DNA of 64,000 nucleotides from the human T2T-CHM13v2.0 reference genome, Homo sapiens. The stretch lies in the NCBI RefSeq assembly GCF_009914755.1, contig NC_060931.1; one strand, 5' to 3'. This document shows positions 42,981-56,619 of the stretch, in pieces. Every line of letters starts with the position of its first letter. Position 1 is the first letter of the stretch. The notes under the pieces were generated by a model that was given only the letters and a program-made list of their open reading frames with translations, did no database searches and was not told the DNA's origin. The position numbers and the translations under genes were made by a program.

Positions 42981-45900
42981 GATCAACTGTTTACATGTGA
43001 TACATCGAAAACTGTTTACTTCAACTTTTATAGAAACCCAGGCTCATGGAATCACTGCAAATCTATCTGCTCTTCAGACAATACGAAGACCCTCTGAGAT
43101 GCTACAGAGGAGAGGAAGCGGAGTTTCACATCTGGTTACCATTTTCTTTTTGTCATTGGCTTAGGATTTAACTAACCATGAAAAGAACTACTGAAATATT
43201 ACACTATAACATGGAACAATAAAGGTACTGGTATGTTAATGGATAATCCGCATGACAGATAATATGTAGAAATATTCATAAAGTTAACTCACATGACCCA
43301 AATGTAGCAAGTTTCCTAAGGTACAATAGTGGATTCAGAACTTGACGTTCTGAGGCACATCCTCACTGTAAACAGTAATGCTATATGCATGAAGCTTCTG
43401 TTTATTGTTTTCCATATTTAAGGAAACAACATCCCATAATAGAAATGAGCATGCAGGGCTAAGGCATATAGGATTTTTCTGCAGGACTTTAAAGCTTTGA
43501 AAGGCCAATATCCCATAGGCTAACTTTAAACATGTATTTTTATTTTTGTTTTGTTTTTTACTTTTCATATTTATATTAGCATACAAGGACAATTGTATAT
43601 ATGTAACATTTTTAAAATTTTAAAAAAATGCAGCTGTTACACACAAGTGTATTTTGCCAAATGCCTAAAAATTCCGTCACAATCACATCATCGTCATCCA
43701 TCCAGTGATCTTCAAAGACTATAAGCAGGTAATGTAAATATAGTGGTCAATGCTGTAAATGTGTCTCTCCATAATTCGTATTTGTCCAAAACATGTGATA
43801 TCCCTTTAACCTGTGCACAGTCTGGAGGCAGTTTTATTGAGTGAGTAGTTGAGTGAGAGAACAAAATGCCCAGCAAAACTTCTGGCCTCCACAGTTTGCT
43901 GATGCAGGAGCCCACTCTGCTGCCGATGGGCTGCTCCCTGGAAATCATCTATCCCATCCGTCCATCCCATCTCATCCCAGTGAGCCAGCCCCTCAGCAGT
44001 GTGTGCTGCTGAGATTAAGCAAGTGCACCAAAGACACATGAGACAACGTACTGCCAGTGAGCTGGTAGCTTCTGGTTTGCCAATACTCTAACCCTTTGTG
44101 GCCTGAAGTTTTGTTCCTTGGCAAAACTTTGTAGTCACCCTTATCTGTGAAATGAATGACTTGTTTTAACAAAAACAACTTTGACACTGTTGATTAAGAA
44201 TATTTGTCATCACTGGGATGTGAATCCCAACAAGTCATTCTGCACTGACTCTGAAGCAAGATGACGGAAGATTCTACTGTTTGAGTTGAGCAGCTTCAAC
44301 CATTCATAAAGGGTTAAGTTAGATCTAAACCACAGAGATGCAGCATCTGCGAAGTTACACTAACAGCTGGTGGGGGAAAGAATCTGATGCTTTGAAACAT
44401 ATATTTTTAATCCATAGGAAAATAAGATTCTATTTTAAAAGACCCTTCTTTAAAACCAAAGTTTGATAGCTGTTATAATGGCAGATCTGTCATTCCAAAA
44501 GAAAGCTAGCTACCCTAGTGAGGCTGGAGATTGATGGGCTCAATCACATGGTCTGCTCTGAAGTATACTTCTGATTTCCTCATTTGCTGTGTGTTCTTAA
44601 GAGGAATGGAATCTGCAGACAGGTTTTCAGATATACTCTCTTAAATTTGATCCTCTCCCATAGTATCCATGGACAAAATCCATATCATCTTCATATGTAA
44701 TCAATTTGATTACATATCATGCCCAAACTGAAGGGCCGAGTTAGAAGGCAGCATTTTATACTGTGTGTTTATGTCTTCTGTAATGGACCTCTCTTTTGAA
44801 AGTCTTTGAAATGTTTGGAAAGCAATTTAATGATCCAAAATTACATAATGTAAAACAGCATTTTTCATGACAGGAAGGGATGTGATTGTTGATATGACCA
44901 TAAAGCGATCCATCAGGCCAAGGTTTGGGTGAGTGTTGGGCAGTGTTGCCACATAGCTCAAGCCAAGAACAGAAGGGCAGACAGATTGAAAGATGTAGCA
45001 AATAAAGTGACTTTTTACCAAGATCACTGTAACGTGCACTGAATGTTTCCTGGTACTGAGTGTACAAAAGGCTAATGCTATAAGGTTTATTTTGACTATA
45101 AAAGAGTTTATAGATTTGAATATAAGGTGCCTCATGTAAATATGCTTCCTAGTTACAGGTACACAAACTCTAATTTGAAAGAATCCACAAATGGCTAGCT
45201 GAGAAGTTAACAGATCTCTATCATTCGTCTGTGTGTCTTTCTTCCCTCACCTATTTTTACATGAAATTATTATTTCAAATGAAAATCATGATCATGTGCC
45301 TTTTGGGAGACATGGTTTCTCTAGAGGTATATAGTTTGTAATTACCCGCCTTGGTAATAACCTTCCTGTGGAACTGACTAAAAATTTTTGTTTTATTTGT
45401 AGAGATTATGATTTGAGGTATACAGTAACTTTAATGTTCTATTCTTGGAATCTACTCTATCTCCCATGTTTAAACATTCTTAGAGCCATTTGTGGGATTC
45501 ATTGACAAATTTATAGTCTCAAGGGAGAGTTTCAAGAAGTATCTATATGTATACTCATGGTTGGGGTTCTAGAGGCATTACATCTAAATATTTATGACTT
45601 TTCATCCACCGAGGTAGGTAGCATTAAATATACAAGCACAGCATTATTTCTCTTTAAATATCTATTTTGGAGAGAAACTTTGAGGCCGTATCACAGTTTA
45701 TATCATGCAACTAATATTTATATTTCCCAATCCACTACAAAATCATTGCTAAGCAGAAGAGAGCAGTTATTTGGCCTTTATGTTCCATTGTATGCCTTTT
45801 TCCCCTCTTCCAGTTTTATGCATTGATAAGACTACAGATTGGCACCCTGCTGCCTGAGAAGTTCCATTTATCCATAGTCATTGCAGTGCAGTAAACCCTG

Positions 45901-48900
45901 ATTTAAAGGAACATTTAAGTCTCTCCAGTAAGTGTGAACAGGAAGGCATGGGATAGAAGAGAGTCCTTATGGAGTGGACTGGCCACATGAACTGTCCTCC
46001 AGCCACTCTTTATTTAGATGGGAAGTGGCATGGTCCTCTGAACGCTGCAGGCTGGAAATGATCCCCAGGGCACATGCAATCTGTGGAAAGGAATACATCG
46101 GACAGTGCAACATGGTGAGGGCTTTCAATTTGCTGTGGTTGCTGTATTTTTAACAAGACACCCGGAGCTTCGATTAGGAATAACCTATCATTAGAGTTGT
46201 TCCTTTAAAAAATGTTGATGAATAAAGCAAATGTGGGTTTAAAATGCCAACTTATTTTTCACTTTGATATTGGTGCTTTATTAAGTGATACCATAGTTTC
46301 TCTCTCTTTTCCCTGTTACTTTAAAAAGAATTTTAAAATTGTGTTTGTATATAAGGTCAGTCTGGCATAGAATTTCTGAAAGTAACATTAATAGGATTTC
46401 TAAAGAAGTTGTCAGAAAGACAAAATTGGATATTCTCTGCACTTTCAGAGAAGGACTATTTATGTTTGAATTTCATAACAGGCTTACATTTCTTTTCTAT
46501 TGATTCCCTTGCATATCTACATAATTTAATCCTGTCTATTGTCCCAGATCTCTTGTGGCTACTTTACCTGTTACCTTTTTTGGGATTTTGTTCTTTATGT
46601 TTTACAGTTACCTTCGGACCAGAAGATATATGGTATTTTTATTCACTTTTTTCAGTGTTTTAAAATAAGGTTTGTTCATTTATTCATTTTATCCATTCAT
46701 TTCCTATTGTCGTATAGTTCTAACCATATATATAGTACTTTAAATATTTTCTTATGTTATTATTTAACACAATAATAAATTCTTATCTAAAGAAAAGATT
46801 ATTTTACTTTATTTTACTTAAAGGAAAGAGAATTTATTGGCAGGATATTGAGTAGCTTGTAGAGTATATGGAAGGGGAGAGCCAAGTTAGGAACTGGCAG
46901 GAGCGAGGAGGGACAAGACAGCTGCCTGCACAGTCTGATAGGACACATCTGGCTGCTGCCACTGGATGCCCACATGGGCAGCGTGTTGTAAATATCACCC
47001 TACCAGTTGGTAAGTTGGCATGAATTTTCCATGAAACACTTGACTGCCATTTGCAGCATCATATCTACTTTTTATGCACCTAATTATATTTTTCCTTTCA
47101 CTTTTATGTTTTTTTCTAAAACTGCCACCTAAATACCTTTCCACTCCGTTAAATGTATGGAGTCAAGATAAATTTCTCATTCTTGCTCTACAGTTTAAGA
47201 TGTATAAGAAGTAAACACTTCCGTGGAATAGGGCTTAATTTGGGGCTCAAATGTTTTGTTTTCCTCCTGAGATGTTTTTGAATGGATAAGACTACTCTGG
47301 TTTTGGATGCAGCAACTTTTCTCCTGGCATGGAAGAACTAAGGACTTTGATAAACAGTTTCCCATTGATAGTATAATATAATGAGGGGCCCAGTCTGCTC
47401 TTGTGAAAATTGGCTGAGCGGCAGCAGCCCATCCCAGCTGTGTGTGAGTAGCCCCGCTGTTAAAAGTACACCTGCTGGGAATTGTTGGCACATGCTCATA
47501 GCATATGCTCTGTGGGGGAGGTGCTTTTAATTCCAAGAGGAGCTTTTCTCCCACATCTGCGGATGCAGAACAAAGATGCAGCAGGACTTTAGAAAACAGG
47601 AGTGTTTCTACTGACATTTTATTCATTGCTTTGTTAGTCCCGCAAATGGAGCAACTTCTGGTTGTTTGTAAGCAGAAAAACAAAACATTCAAAACCAAAA
47701 ACCTAATTAGTACTTTTGTCCTTTATATCCCTAGGATGCTCTAGGGAGTAGAGGTGGCAGGCATCTTTATCTTCACCCACTGGCACATTAGCAGCTTATG
47801 CAACTTAGGAAGTCACTGGGAGATGAGTCCTAAAAGCCTGAATTTCAGGATGGGGAGGAGATAAGAAGCAGAGAACTTTGGGAGACCATGGGGCATTTAG
47901 TCCTGGCATAGACACAGAATGGATATTCACAGGAAGATTCCTGAGGCCAGATATGCAGGAGAGCACACATTGTCACAAGGGGTGTGGTGGGAAGAGAGGT
48001 GCTGGATGCCTAAGACAGACTTCTGTGCTTGGCAGATTGACTGAGTGTTGACTCTGAATACTTTGTGGTCCAGTCCATAATAGGCCAGTCACTCCTGCCT
48101 GATGCATCCCTGTTGCACTGTTCATAAAACCTGTATCATATGGGGAAGCTTCAAGGCTGGCAGGCTTTTCATCAAGTAATCATCATTCCATGTTCCTACG
48201 TATCCTTGAAATCAAAACCAGGCAATATGTGTGTTTTTGGTTTTGTTTTACAAAAAGGCATACAATGAGACGAATTCTTAAGATAATGCACATACAGAAT
48301 CATCAATAAAGTTTCAAAGAGTTTATGAAGAAAAGGTATTTTCCTTTCTTGTAAAAAATGTTATATATATATAATATTCTGATCTGCATTCACCTTAGGG
48401 CTTAGCCTCTTATTTTATGAATTTTCAGGCTGTGATTTGTGTTGGATGGCTAAGCTCTAAAATAATGCAAATAGCCCCAATCTTTAAATATAGCGGTGCT
48501 AAGTTGAACAAGTAACACAATACAGAAAATGCTGATATGAATACTTAGTAATAATACAAAAGTTCCTGCTAAATTATATATGTGTATCACTGCCTGACTA
48601 GAAACCCCACTTTTCTTTTCTAATCCAGCACAAAATCAAACTCTGATTCTACAACCAGTCTTTTTAAAGGGCAAAAATGACTCAACACCTTTGTTTTGTA
48701 TGGAAAACTTTTTTTTTTACACTAACTGCAAAACTGCTTTAAAAAAAGGCTTATTCAGGATAGATAAGCATGTACTCCTTTTTTAACTTGCTGGAAGACT
48801 TGCCCCTCCAAACTAGCACCCCCAAAAGACAACTTCTTTCAGAAACGGGGTGTTTTACCTAAACATAGTAGCTTACATGTTAGCCAGCAGTAGGTCGGCA

Positions 48901-49380
48901 CTAGTGTTTTCCACGGTTATCACCTTTGACAGGTGATGTGCATCTATAGATAGTGGAAGCCACCCCATGAGGAGGTGTTAATAGCAGCATGGTTTCACTT
49001 TTGGTAATCAGGTAATCATGTGTATATACTTAGATTCGCATTATTTTAACATTTCTCTGCTACTCTGCACTTCAGGTTCGTTAAGCTATTTTAATAATTA
49101 CTGGGGTTATGGCAAACACCAATGGAAATGTATATGGCAACTGCTTTCCTGAGCAAGTGTGATTTGTTTTATGGCTGTTCAAGTTATAAAATTGTTCTTA
49201 CATTGTAGGTAAACAAAATCTTGATGTTTTTAAAGGTCACTGTAACTTAAGGTTCAAATTTCTGGCACAGTTTTATTAGTATTCACTTCGGAAGCTAATA
49301 AGATACCATGGTTTTCTATGTTACTCCCATTGTAACATTAGTAAAGTGACTTTCAATAAAAGATTTATGTTATTTTGATG
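42981..49380 (+). other. ADAM22: ADAM22 long 3' UTR
   Basis: Alu/L1-free stretch from the stop to AATAAA at 49355-49360; internal AATAAA at 43218, 45001, 46221, 46774 and 48305; end position approximate. Confidence 0.8.
49355..49360 (+). terminator. ADAM22: ADAM22 distal poly(A) signal
   Basis: AATAAA with an upstream TGTA and downstream T-rich sequence; gives a UTR length consistent with a ~9-kb mRNA. Confidence 0.75.
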
Positions 49381-50753
49381 CACGACTCTTCTTTTTCTCC
49401 CAGCTAGTTTCTCTTTCAGAAGCTTTGTTAGGGGTACAGTCAAGGGATTGTTTCTTTCCTGTTCACTGGTGTCCCAGAAGGGGTCACTAACATGATGAGA
49501 AATACAACCCTTTAGCAAAGCCTGAGTGCTCGATTTGTTGCAGTTTCCTCATCTGGATGGCAGAGGTAGTTTACTTATTTATCTATTTGCCTCTCCTTGT
49601 AAGCACTTCCTCTCTCACCCTAATGAGGATCAATTTCCTATATCCTGTCCTGTAGACCAGGCAGTGGTGCTTAGTTAATAAGGTCACCTGTGCTGCATTC
49701 TAAAGCACTGAGCCTAGGATGGGCTCATGAGTTCATTGCCTAAAAACTGTTCCACCCTGGCTTTTTCATCTTCCAGGCAGGCATTTTACCTACCCGTCAT
49801 TATTCTGGCATTTGCGGGGTCCTTGCCATCTGTTCATAGGCTGCATAGTTAATAAGTTATAAGTAGTCAAGGTATTGTTTTAATGTGAGAAAAAGAGAAG
49901 GAAGTCACTGATGAAGGGTTTGTACATTTAGTATGAGATTTTAAAAGTTTATGGTGATTACACATAGCTCCATTTCTTGCATTTATAATATTTTAGTCAT
50001 ATAATAAGTCATTTAGATGAACACTGAAACAGTAACTCGGCTGAGCCAAAGCAAAGTCTAGTTCACAGATGGCAGCCAGCTCGTGGACTTGATGGTACCA
50101 CCTGGAACATCATGCTGAAGGACAGTCTAAACTCCAGTTTGGCTCAGTAGAAGCAAGAGCTTTAATTTAATATGACTGCTGTGGTGCAAATCTACGCCAA
50201 CTATCCCCAGGAAGCACCAGGTCTCTAGCAGCCACATTCCTATGGAAGTAAGTGCACGAAATGTGTTAAAAGTACTTCATAAATCATGGATCTCTTGAAA
50301 CACATGAGTAAAGCACACATCTCCAAAATAAAATTAAATCCTAATGAGGGTGATTTGAGGAGCTTAATTCTCCAAATAGTTGAAGTATTCAAGCTTGAGC
50401 TCACAGCTTTACCATGCTCCAACTAGATTCTTTAAGAAAAAGTAAACAGACCAGGAAATAATTTTAAAGTAGTGGGTGAGGCTACACTAGAAGTATACAA
50501 TGAATTAAACACAACCCAACATAAAATAGAAATAAGGCAACAGGAGATTTCACTTGTAATGAAGACTGGCTGTAATTAAAGGAGATGAATACATCAAATT
50601 TGTCAACGGGAAGGAAACTTTTTCTAACTGCAGGGACATACTGAAAACTATGCTCCATGCTTTTGGAAAGAATGGGTGAAAGCAGAAGGGGAGGAGATTA
50701 AGAGATTCGTTTTGAGGTATCAATAATTAAAACGGAATTAACTGAATGATGTC

Positions 50754-51128
50754 TGATATGGTTTGGCTCTGTGTCCCCACCCAAATCTCATCTCGAATTG
50801 TAATCCCCATGTGTCCAGGGAGGGACCTGTAAGCCTTACATCGAGGGAGGGAAGGGATTGGATCATGGGGGCGGTTTCCCCCATGATGTTCTTGTGATAG
50901 TGAGTTCTCATGAGATCTGATGGCTTTATAAGCATCTGGCACTTCCCTGCTTGCATTTCCATCTCCTGCTGCCTTGTGAAGAAGGTGCCTGCTTCCCCTC
51001 CCGCCATAATTATAAGTAAGTTTCCTGAGGCCTCCCCAGCCATGTGGAACTGTGAGTCAAACCTCTTTCCTTCGTAAATTACCCAGTCTTGGGTAATGTC
51101 TTTAGCAGTGTGCGAACAAACTAATATA
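50754..51128 (+). mobile_element. Solo THE1 (ERVL-MaLR, THE1C/D-like) LTR with perfect 5-bp TSD
   Basis: Starts TGATATGGTTTGGCTCTGTGTCCCCACCCAAATCTC and ends ctaatata; TSD atgtc at 50749-50753 and 51129-51133. Confidence 0.93.
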
Positions 51129-51603
51129 ATGTCAGAGGGATGCTTTTGTATTCACCCCAAAGCCAATTCAGAACCACAACTGATGCAGCACACCTTGGGA
51201 CTTGTTCAAATATGGCCCATATCCTTCAGCAAGGGCCTTCTCTACTGCTTATCCTCAACCAGGAAATTACCATTTCCTTAAACTATGATTTCCTCAGAGG
51301 ACCCTGGTGAGTTGAAACCAAACAGCAGGTGCTAGGACACTGAAGGTGAGCTCCCTGCCTCCTAATCCTCTGAGCCCCTTTTTGGCCCTTTTCTAGATAG
51401 CCCAGACTCAAGCAGAGCTTTATGGCCTCACAGACAATATACGGAGATGATGCAATCTATAGTCACTGTGTAATATATAGCAGGCTGCTTCACATTCTGA
51501 TATGTAACCTGGGCTAACTAACTTGCCATAGTTATATGTTAGGTTTGAATAATATATATTTTAACAATATTTTAAAAAATTAATAGTGAAATGAGGCTAA
51601 AGA

Positions 51604-52966
51604 TGCTTAGAGAAAATGTTTTATTTTCATTAGTTGACAACTAGTTGTTCAGTTGAATGGTAAGTTTCACACTGCATCCTAAAATAAGACAGATACTCTG
51701 CTGGCAAGTAGAAAATAGACTAATTTCATTTTTTATCTGTTAAGCTCTCTTGATAAAAAAGGCAAACCAGGCCAGTTTTAAATTTAAGAAACAGAAACAT
51801 TGTCAGTGCTTCTTGTATCAACACACTTCATATTCAGAACTACTCCCAAGAGATAACATATTATCTCCTTTTCAAAGATGGGGAAACTGAAACTGGGCAT
51901 TATCTATAATGACCAAACCACATAGTAAGAGGCACAAGCCAGCATTAGAATTCAGATCTTACTTGAAAGTGTACAGCTTAAAATTTTTTAAAAAATTCCT
52001 TCCATTATAAATGTAGTACCTGCTTACTGGAGAATGTTTGGAAAAGCAGTAAGAAGGAAGAAGATGAACTCATGATCCTGACTCCCAGTGGTAGCCAGAT
52101 CAATGTTTTGGTACATACTTTCCGATACTCTGCTATGTGTATTTTTTAAAGTGTGAATACATGGTATATCAAAATGGATGTATCAGTATTTTAAAAACTA
52201 AAATCTGATTTTAAAAGGAAAGCATATAGAAAATCTGAAAAATACTGATATAAAGAAAATTAAAGTCATCTAGAATTCCATTCATCCAAAATAAACATTG
52301 TTAATATTTCCATATATTCCCTTAGTCTTTTTCTATCAATTTTCTTTTTATATAGTTAAGCTTATAATGTACAAGATTTTTAAGGAGAGTTAACAAAGGT
52401 TTAAATAGATGACAAAAAGGGACTTGGTGACAGATAGTATTTGCCAATCAAATTATTCAACAGGTTTTGAAGGGCGTGTGCTAAACTTCTAAGGTGAATC
52501 CTGACGTGGATTACTGGATTACCTTTTTTGTTGTTTTATTTCACCCAAGTGCGTCTATGTCATTTACCTAAGTTTTTATGTGTGGAGTATTCTTTGTAGG
52601 AGAGGAAAGATAACAGCTGTAGTCTGATTAACAGTTTTTAGTGTCTCACAATGAAAAATAAATAATGTGACTTAAACATTTTGCATACTTAAATTTACAT
52701 AGAGTTTTAGCAAGAAAATAAGGCATGACTGATAATGGCTCAGGAAAGTTCTAAATGGTGTAACAGACTAGATCTTATTAAAGTTCCAAAGAATTTATTA
52801 TCAAAACTAAAACAAAACTTCAGTTGTACATAAAGTAATAAACTTTACAACAGCTGTTAAGAGAAAGTCGTGATGTAAGTTTATACATATTACCGAAGGC
52901 AAAGAGGACAAGCAAAGGAGAGCTCCAGTTGGAATGTTGATTACATTCATGCAGCTTCCTCTTGAT
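51604..52966 (-). other. SRI: SRI 3' UTR (includes a MIR relic at ~51840-51965)
   Basis: Lies between the SRI stop and the distal poly(A) signal; end approximate. Confidence 0.7.
51620..51625 (-). terminator. SRI: SRI distal poly(A) signal
   Basis: TTTATT on + (AATAAA on -), ~1.35 kb past the SRI stop; proximal candidates at 52794-52799 and 52535-52540. Confidence 0.7.
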
Positions 52967-52993
52967 TTAAACACTCATGACACATTGAATGAA
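52967..52993 (-). CDS. SRI: Sorcin last coding exon FIQCVMSV-stop
   Basis: Minus strand ctttcag|TTC ATT CAA TGT GTC ATG AGT GTT TAA. Confidence 0.96.
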   Translation of the reverse strand, partial: FIQCVMSV

Positions 52994-54200
52994 CTGAAAG
53001 AAAAATCAGCATTATATGACAGACCTCAAAGCACTTATACGGCACAGCCTATTTCTGGCAGCTTACATTTGGTTTTCTAATTTGAACACGGGTAAAACAA
53101 CCCCTACAACTTTCTAAGATATGAGTAAATGATAGATGGAAAAGTTTCCTTTTTTTAGGGAAGCAGTCTAATATAAAATCCACAGGGTTTCTCACATCAA
53201 AACTTCTTAGAGAAAGCAGATATAACTTCAATGGATAAATAATTTAAATAATTATTTGAATAATTATTTAAATTCCAAATAATATCCAAGACTAGAAATG
53301 GCCGTGGTCAAAGACACTTACCACAAACACAAACAACTGGAGTTTATACTGTTGTATTACGTGGGGATTTCCAAACCACACAGTATTACCCCATTACTCT
53401 AATGGAACACCTTAAACAGTTTATTGCCTTAAAATCTGCTTTATTAAAACAAATTGTAGCATGCAAGTGTATGTATGCACAGAAACAGAACAGCTAACCC
53501 TTCAGATACCTGAGATTAGAAATACCAGTATTTGCTGTGAAATGTTGGCTTCCCCGCTAAACATAAAGCAATAGATTCTGCTCTATCAGTGTTCCCTACA
53601 CTACTAAGGTATTGTGCACTGCTAACCCTTGCAGCTCTATTGCAAGGTCAAGGTGATTATCCCTATTTTAGAGAAAAGGAAAATAAGGATCAGGATGTTT
53701 AGAAATCTTTTAAGTAGCCCCATCTGAAGTCAAAGCCCATGGTCTTTCTTTCCATTCCCCAGGCAGCCTTCTGATCTTTAGAAACAGCAAGGGGACTGTC
53801 AACTAAGAAGTTAACGCATGTTAAAGAGAACACACCCTTAAGCAGGTAAAATAAGCATATTCACACACACATACTAAGCTTTTAAAAGTGTACTTATAAC
53901 TGCAGCAGCTGCTAAACCAAAAATACATGCATCTTATATTTTGTAATGGAGAATGGAATATTCAGTGATTACAGTCATTTCAATTCTACAAGTTTTTTTG
54001 TTTGTTTGTTTTTTGTTTTTAAATCAATGGCTGAGCAAAAACTGAAGAAACAAGTAACCAATCTCTCTAGCTTTGTTATATACATCCAGCTAATGCCATC
54101 AAAGATGGCACTAGGTTATGTTCACACTGATTACATGGCCTTACCCTACCCTTGTTTAGTTTGGCTGTTTAGTAAATAACTTGTTTTAAATTGTGATTTA

Positions 54201-54499
<299 letters not shown>

Positions 54500-54995
54500 T
54501 TAAGTTGTTGCCTGCCTTATGCCCTCAATGAAGAACATAGGTATGCAAAACTATTGAGCTGTTATCTATTCTCAGTGACTGACATGATTTGTTTACAGAA
54601 GACAAAAGCAGATAGTATATCTGCATAGTGTTTTTCAAGGGCATTTCTAATAGAAATCTTACAATGGCTCAGTGAAAAAGGCATTACTACTATATCTTCT
54701 TTATTCATATAGTGTCACAGCAATTAAGAAACCTGCTTAAGTGACCCAGCTAATAAATACAACAAGCTGGGTCTTGAACCCAGGTCTCTGAATGCAAATC
54801 AAATCATGGTCTCACTATAGTTAAGACTAATAAATGAAATTAATAAATTCTGGATGATAACTCTTTCTAACTTTTGAATCCCTTATGTCTCTGGCATCCT
54901 TAACCTTAAGATATTCTTAACAGCTAATTTCAAAGGGATACCCATCTGGTGTACATCCTTTTCATCTACTGTATCTCTTAATTTCTAAGACTTAC

Positions 54996-55054
54996 ATCAT
55001 CATATGGGAAATTCACAACACCTTGCTGAGCAGTATCCCGTCTTCGAAAGCTGT
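54996..55054 (-). CDS. SRI: Sorcin exon ([20 protein letters not shown]), EF5
   Basis: ttttacag acceptor, gtaagt donor, 59 nt, phase 1-0. Confidence 0.96.
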
Positions 55055-55827
55055 CTGTAAAACAACACAGTAAAATTTATGGTTTTTCTTTAAATGGTTT
55101 TTCTAAAATCATAAAAGTTAGTTATTTTGGCATTGAATTCACATTGCAGTAACATTTAAATTGTGCAACCAATTAACATAAACAAAAGACCAAAGCAAAG
55201 AAGCCAACTATATGAATAGTAAAAGATTTAATATGCAACAAAGTAACAGGCAGAAGTTGGCCAGCTGTGTTTTTTGTTTTTTTGTTTTTTTAGATCTGGA
55301 GAAAATACCTTACCCAAAGTCAGTAAAAGCTGTGCAACTTCCATGGCCATTACTTCATTGTGATAAAAGCACCGAATTTCTAGCTTCTTAATAACAAAGA
55401 TACTGCTTAAGAAACAGATAAAGAGTCCCCAATATAACAAATGGGCTGTAATCAGTTTCTCTACCATTTCAGCTCTGCCCTATAGAAAAGGATTTTATTT
55501 TAATTTCACTCTTTCCAAATATTTCACATTCTGGGGAAAAATTCATTATTATCTGATCAAAAATGCACAAGTTAGCTGATTGTGTTTTAGAACATTTTAG
55601 TAAAATTTAATTGTTTATTTTAATGGCAGATTACTTACTAATCTAAAATAAATTCTGGAAAAAAAACCAAAAAATTATTTTGCCAGATATGCTTAATAGT
55701 AATCTGAAAAAAACTACTAAAGCAAGAAAAAATTTGGGAAGAATAAAAGTTGAGAAGCACTGAGAGATGAAATGTAATAAAAACTGTGTCTTGGCTTGTG
55801 GTGATGACACGACCTTATAGAACTCAC

Positions 55828-55941
55828 CTGTAAGAGCCCTCAGTTTGACGCAGCAGGCGATGTAGTCGTCGAAGGTGATCTTTCCATTGGTGCTGTATCG
55901 TTTTGCAATTGAATTCACAGCCTGGGGACTCAACCTAAATC
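55828..55941 (-). CDS. SRI: Sorcin exon ([38 protein letters not shown]), EF4
   Basis: cttttag acceptor, gtgagt donor, 114 nt, phase 1-1; ORF 55643..55957. Confidence 0.97.
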
Positions 55942-56071
55942 CTAAAAGAAAAGCCATCCAGTAAAAAGGTTAAAGGATTGCAGAAGCTCATTAAAAAATA
56001 AAATAATCAAGCACTATTTTATTTTTTAAGACTGCAGACTCATATTAATTATGAACACACACAATTTCTAA

Positions 56072-56410
<339 letters not shown>

Positions 56411-56471
56411 TAAAAATAAAAATCAACTTACTTCTACCAATGAATGGAGAGTTCTAGTAAGCCATACCTAC

Positions 56472-56619
56472 CCATTGTTGTCAGGGCCTTCTGCAATTCT
56501 TGTGGGTCTACTGTTCCACTCCTGTCAGTGTCAAAACTGATAAAGTGTTGTCTCCAGCCATTCAGTACAGCCCAGAGTTCTTTAAATTCATTGAAACCCA
56601 TTGTGCCAGACATATCTCT
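56472..56619 (-). CDS. SRI: Sorcin exon ([49 protein letters not shown]), EF2-EF3
   Basis: ttcag acceptor, gtaggt donor, 148 nt, phase 0-1; EF-hand loop [12 protein letters not shown]. Confidence 0.97.

Noticed and set aside
43992-44013. CAGUGU-containing hairpin as an iron-responsive element
   Set aside because: CAGUGU lies partly in the stem; the 5-bp upper stem and bulged C required for an IRE cannot form.
47195-47698. 167-aa antisense ORF within the ADAM22 3' UTR
   Set aside because: No recognisable domain, splice context or promoter; compatible with chance.
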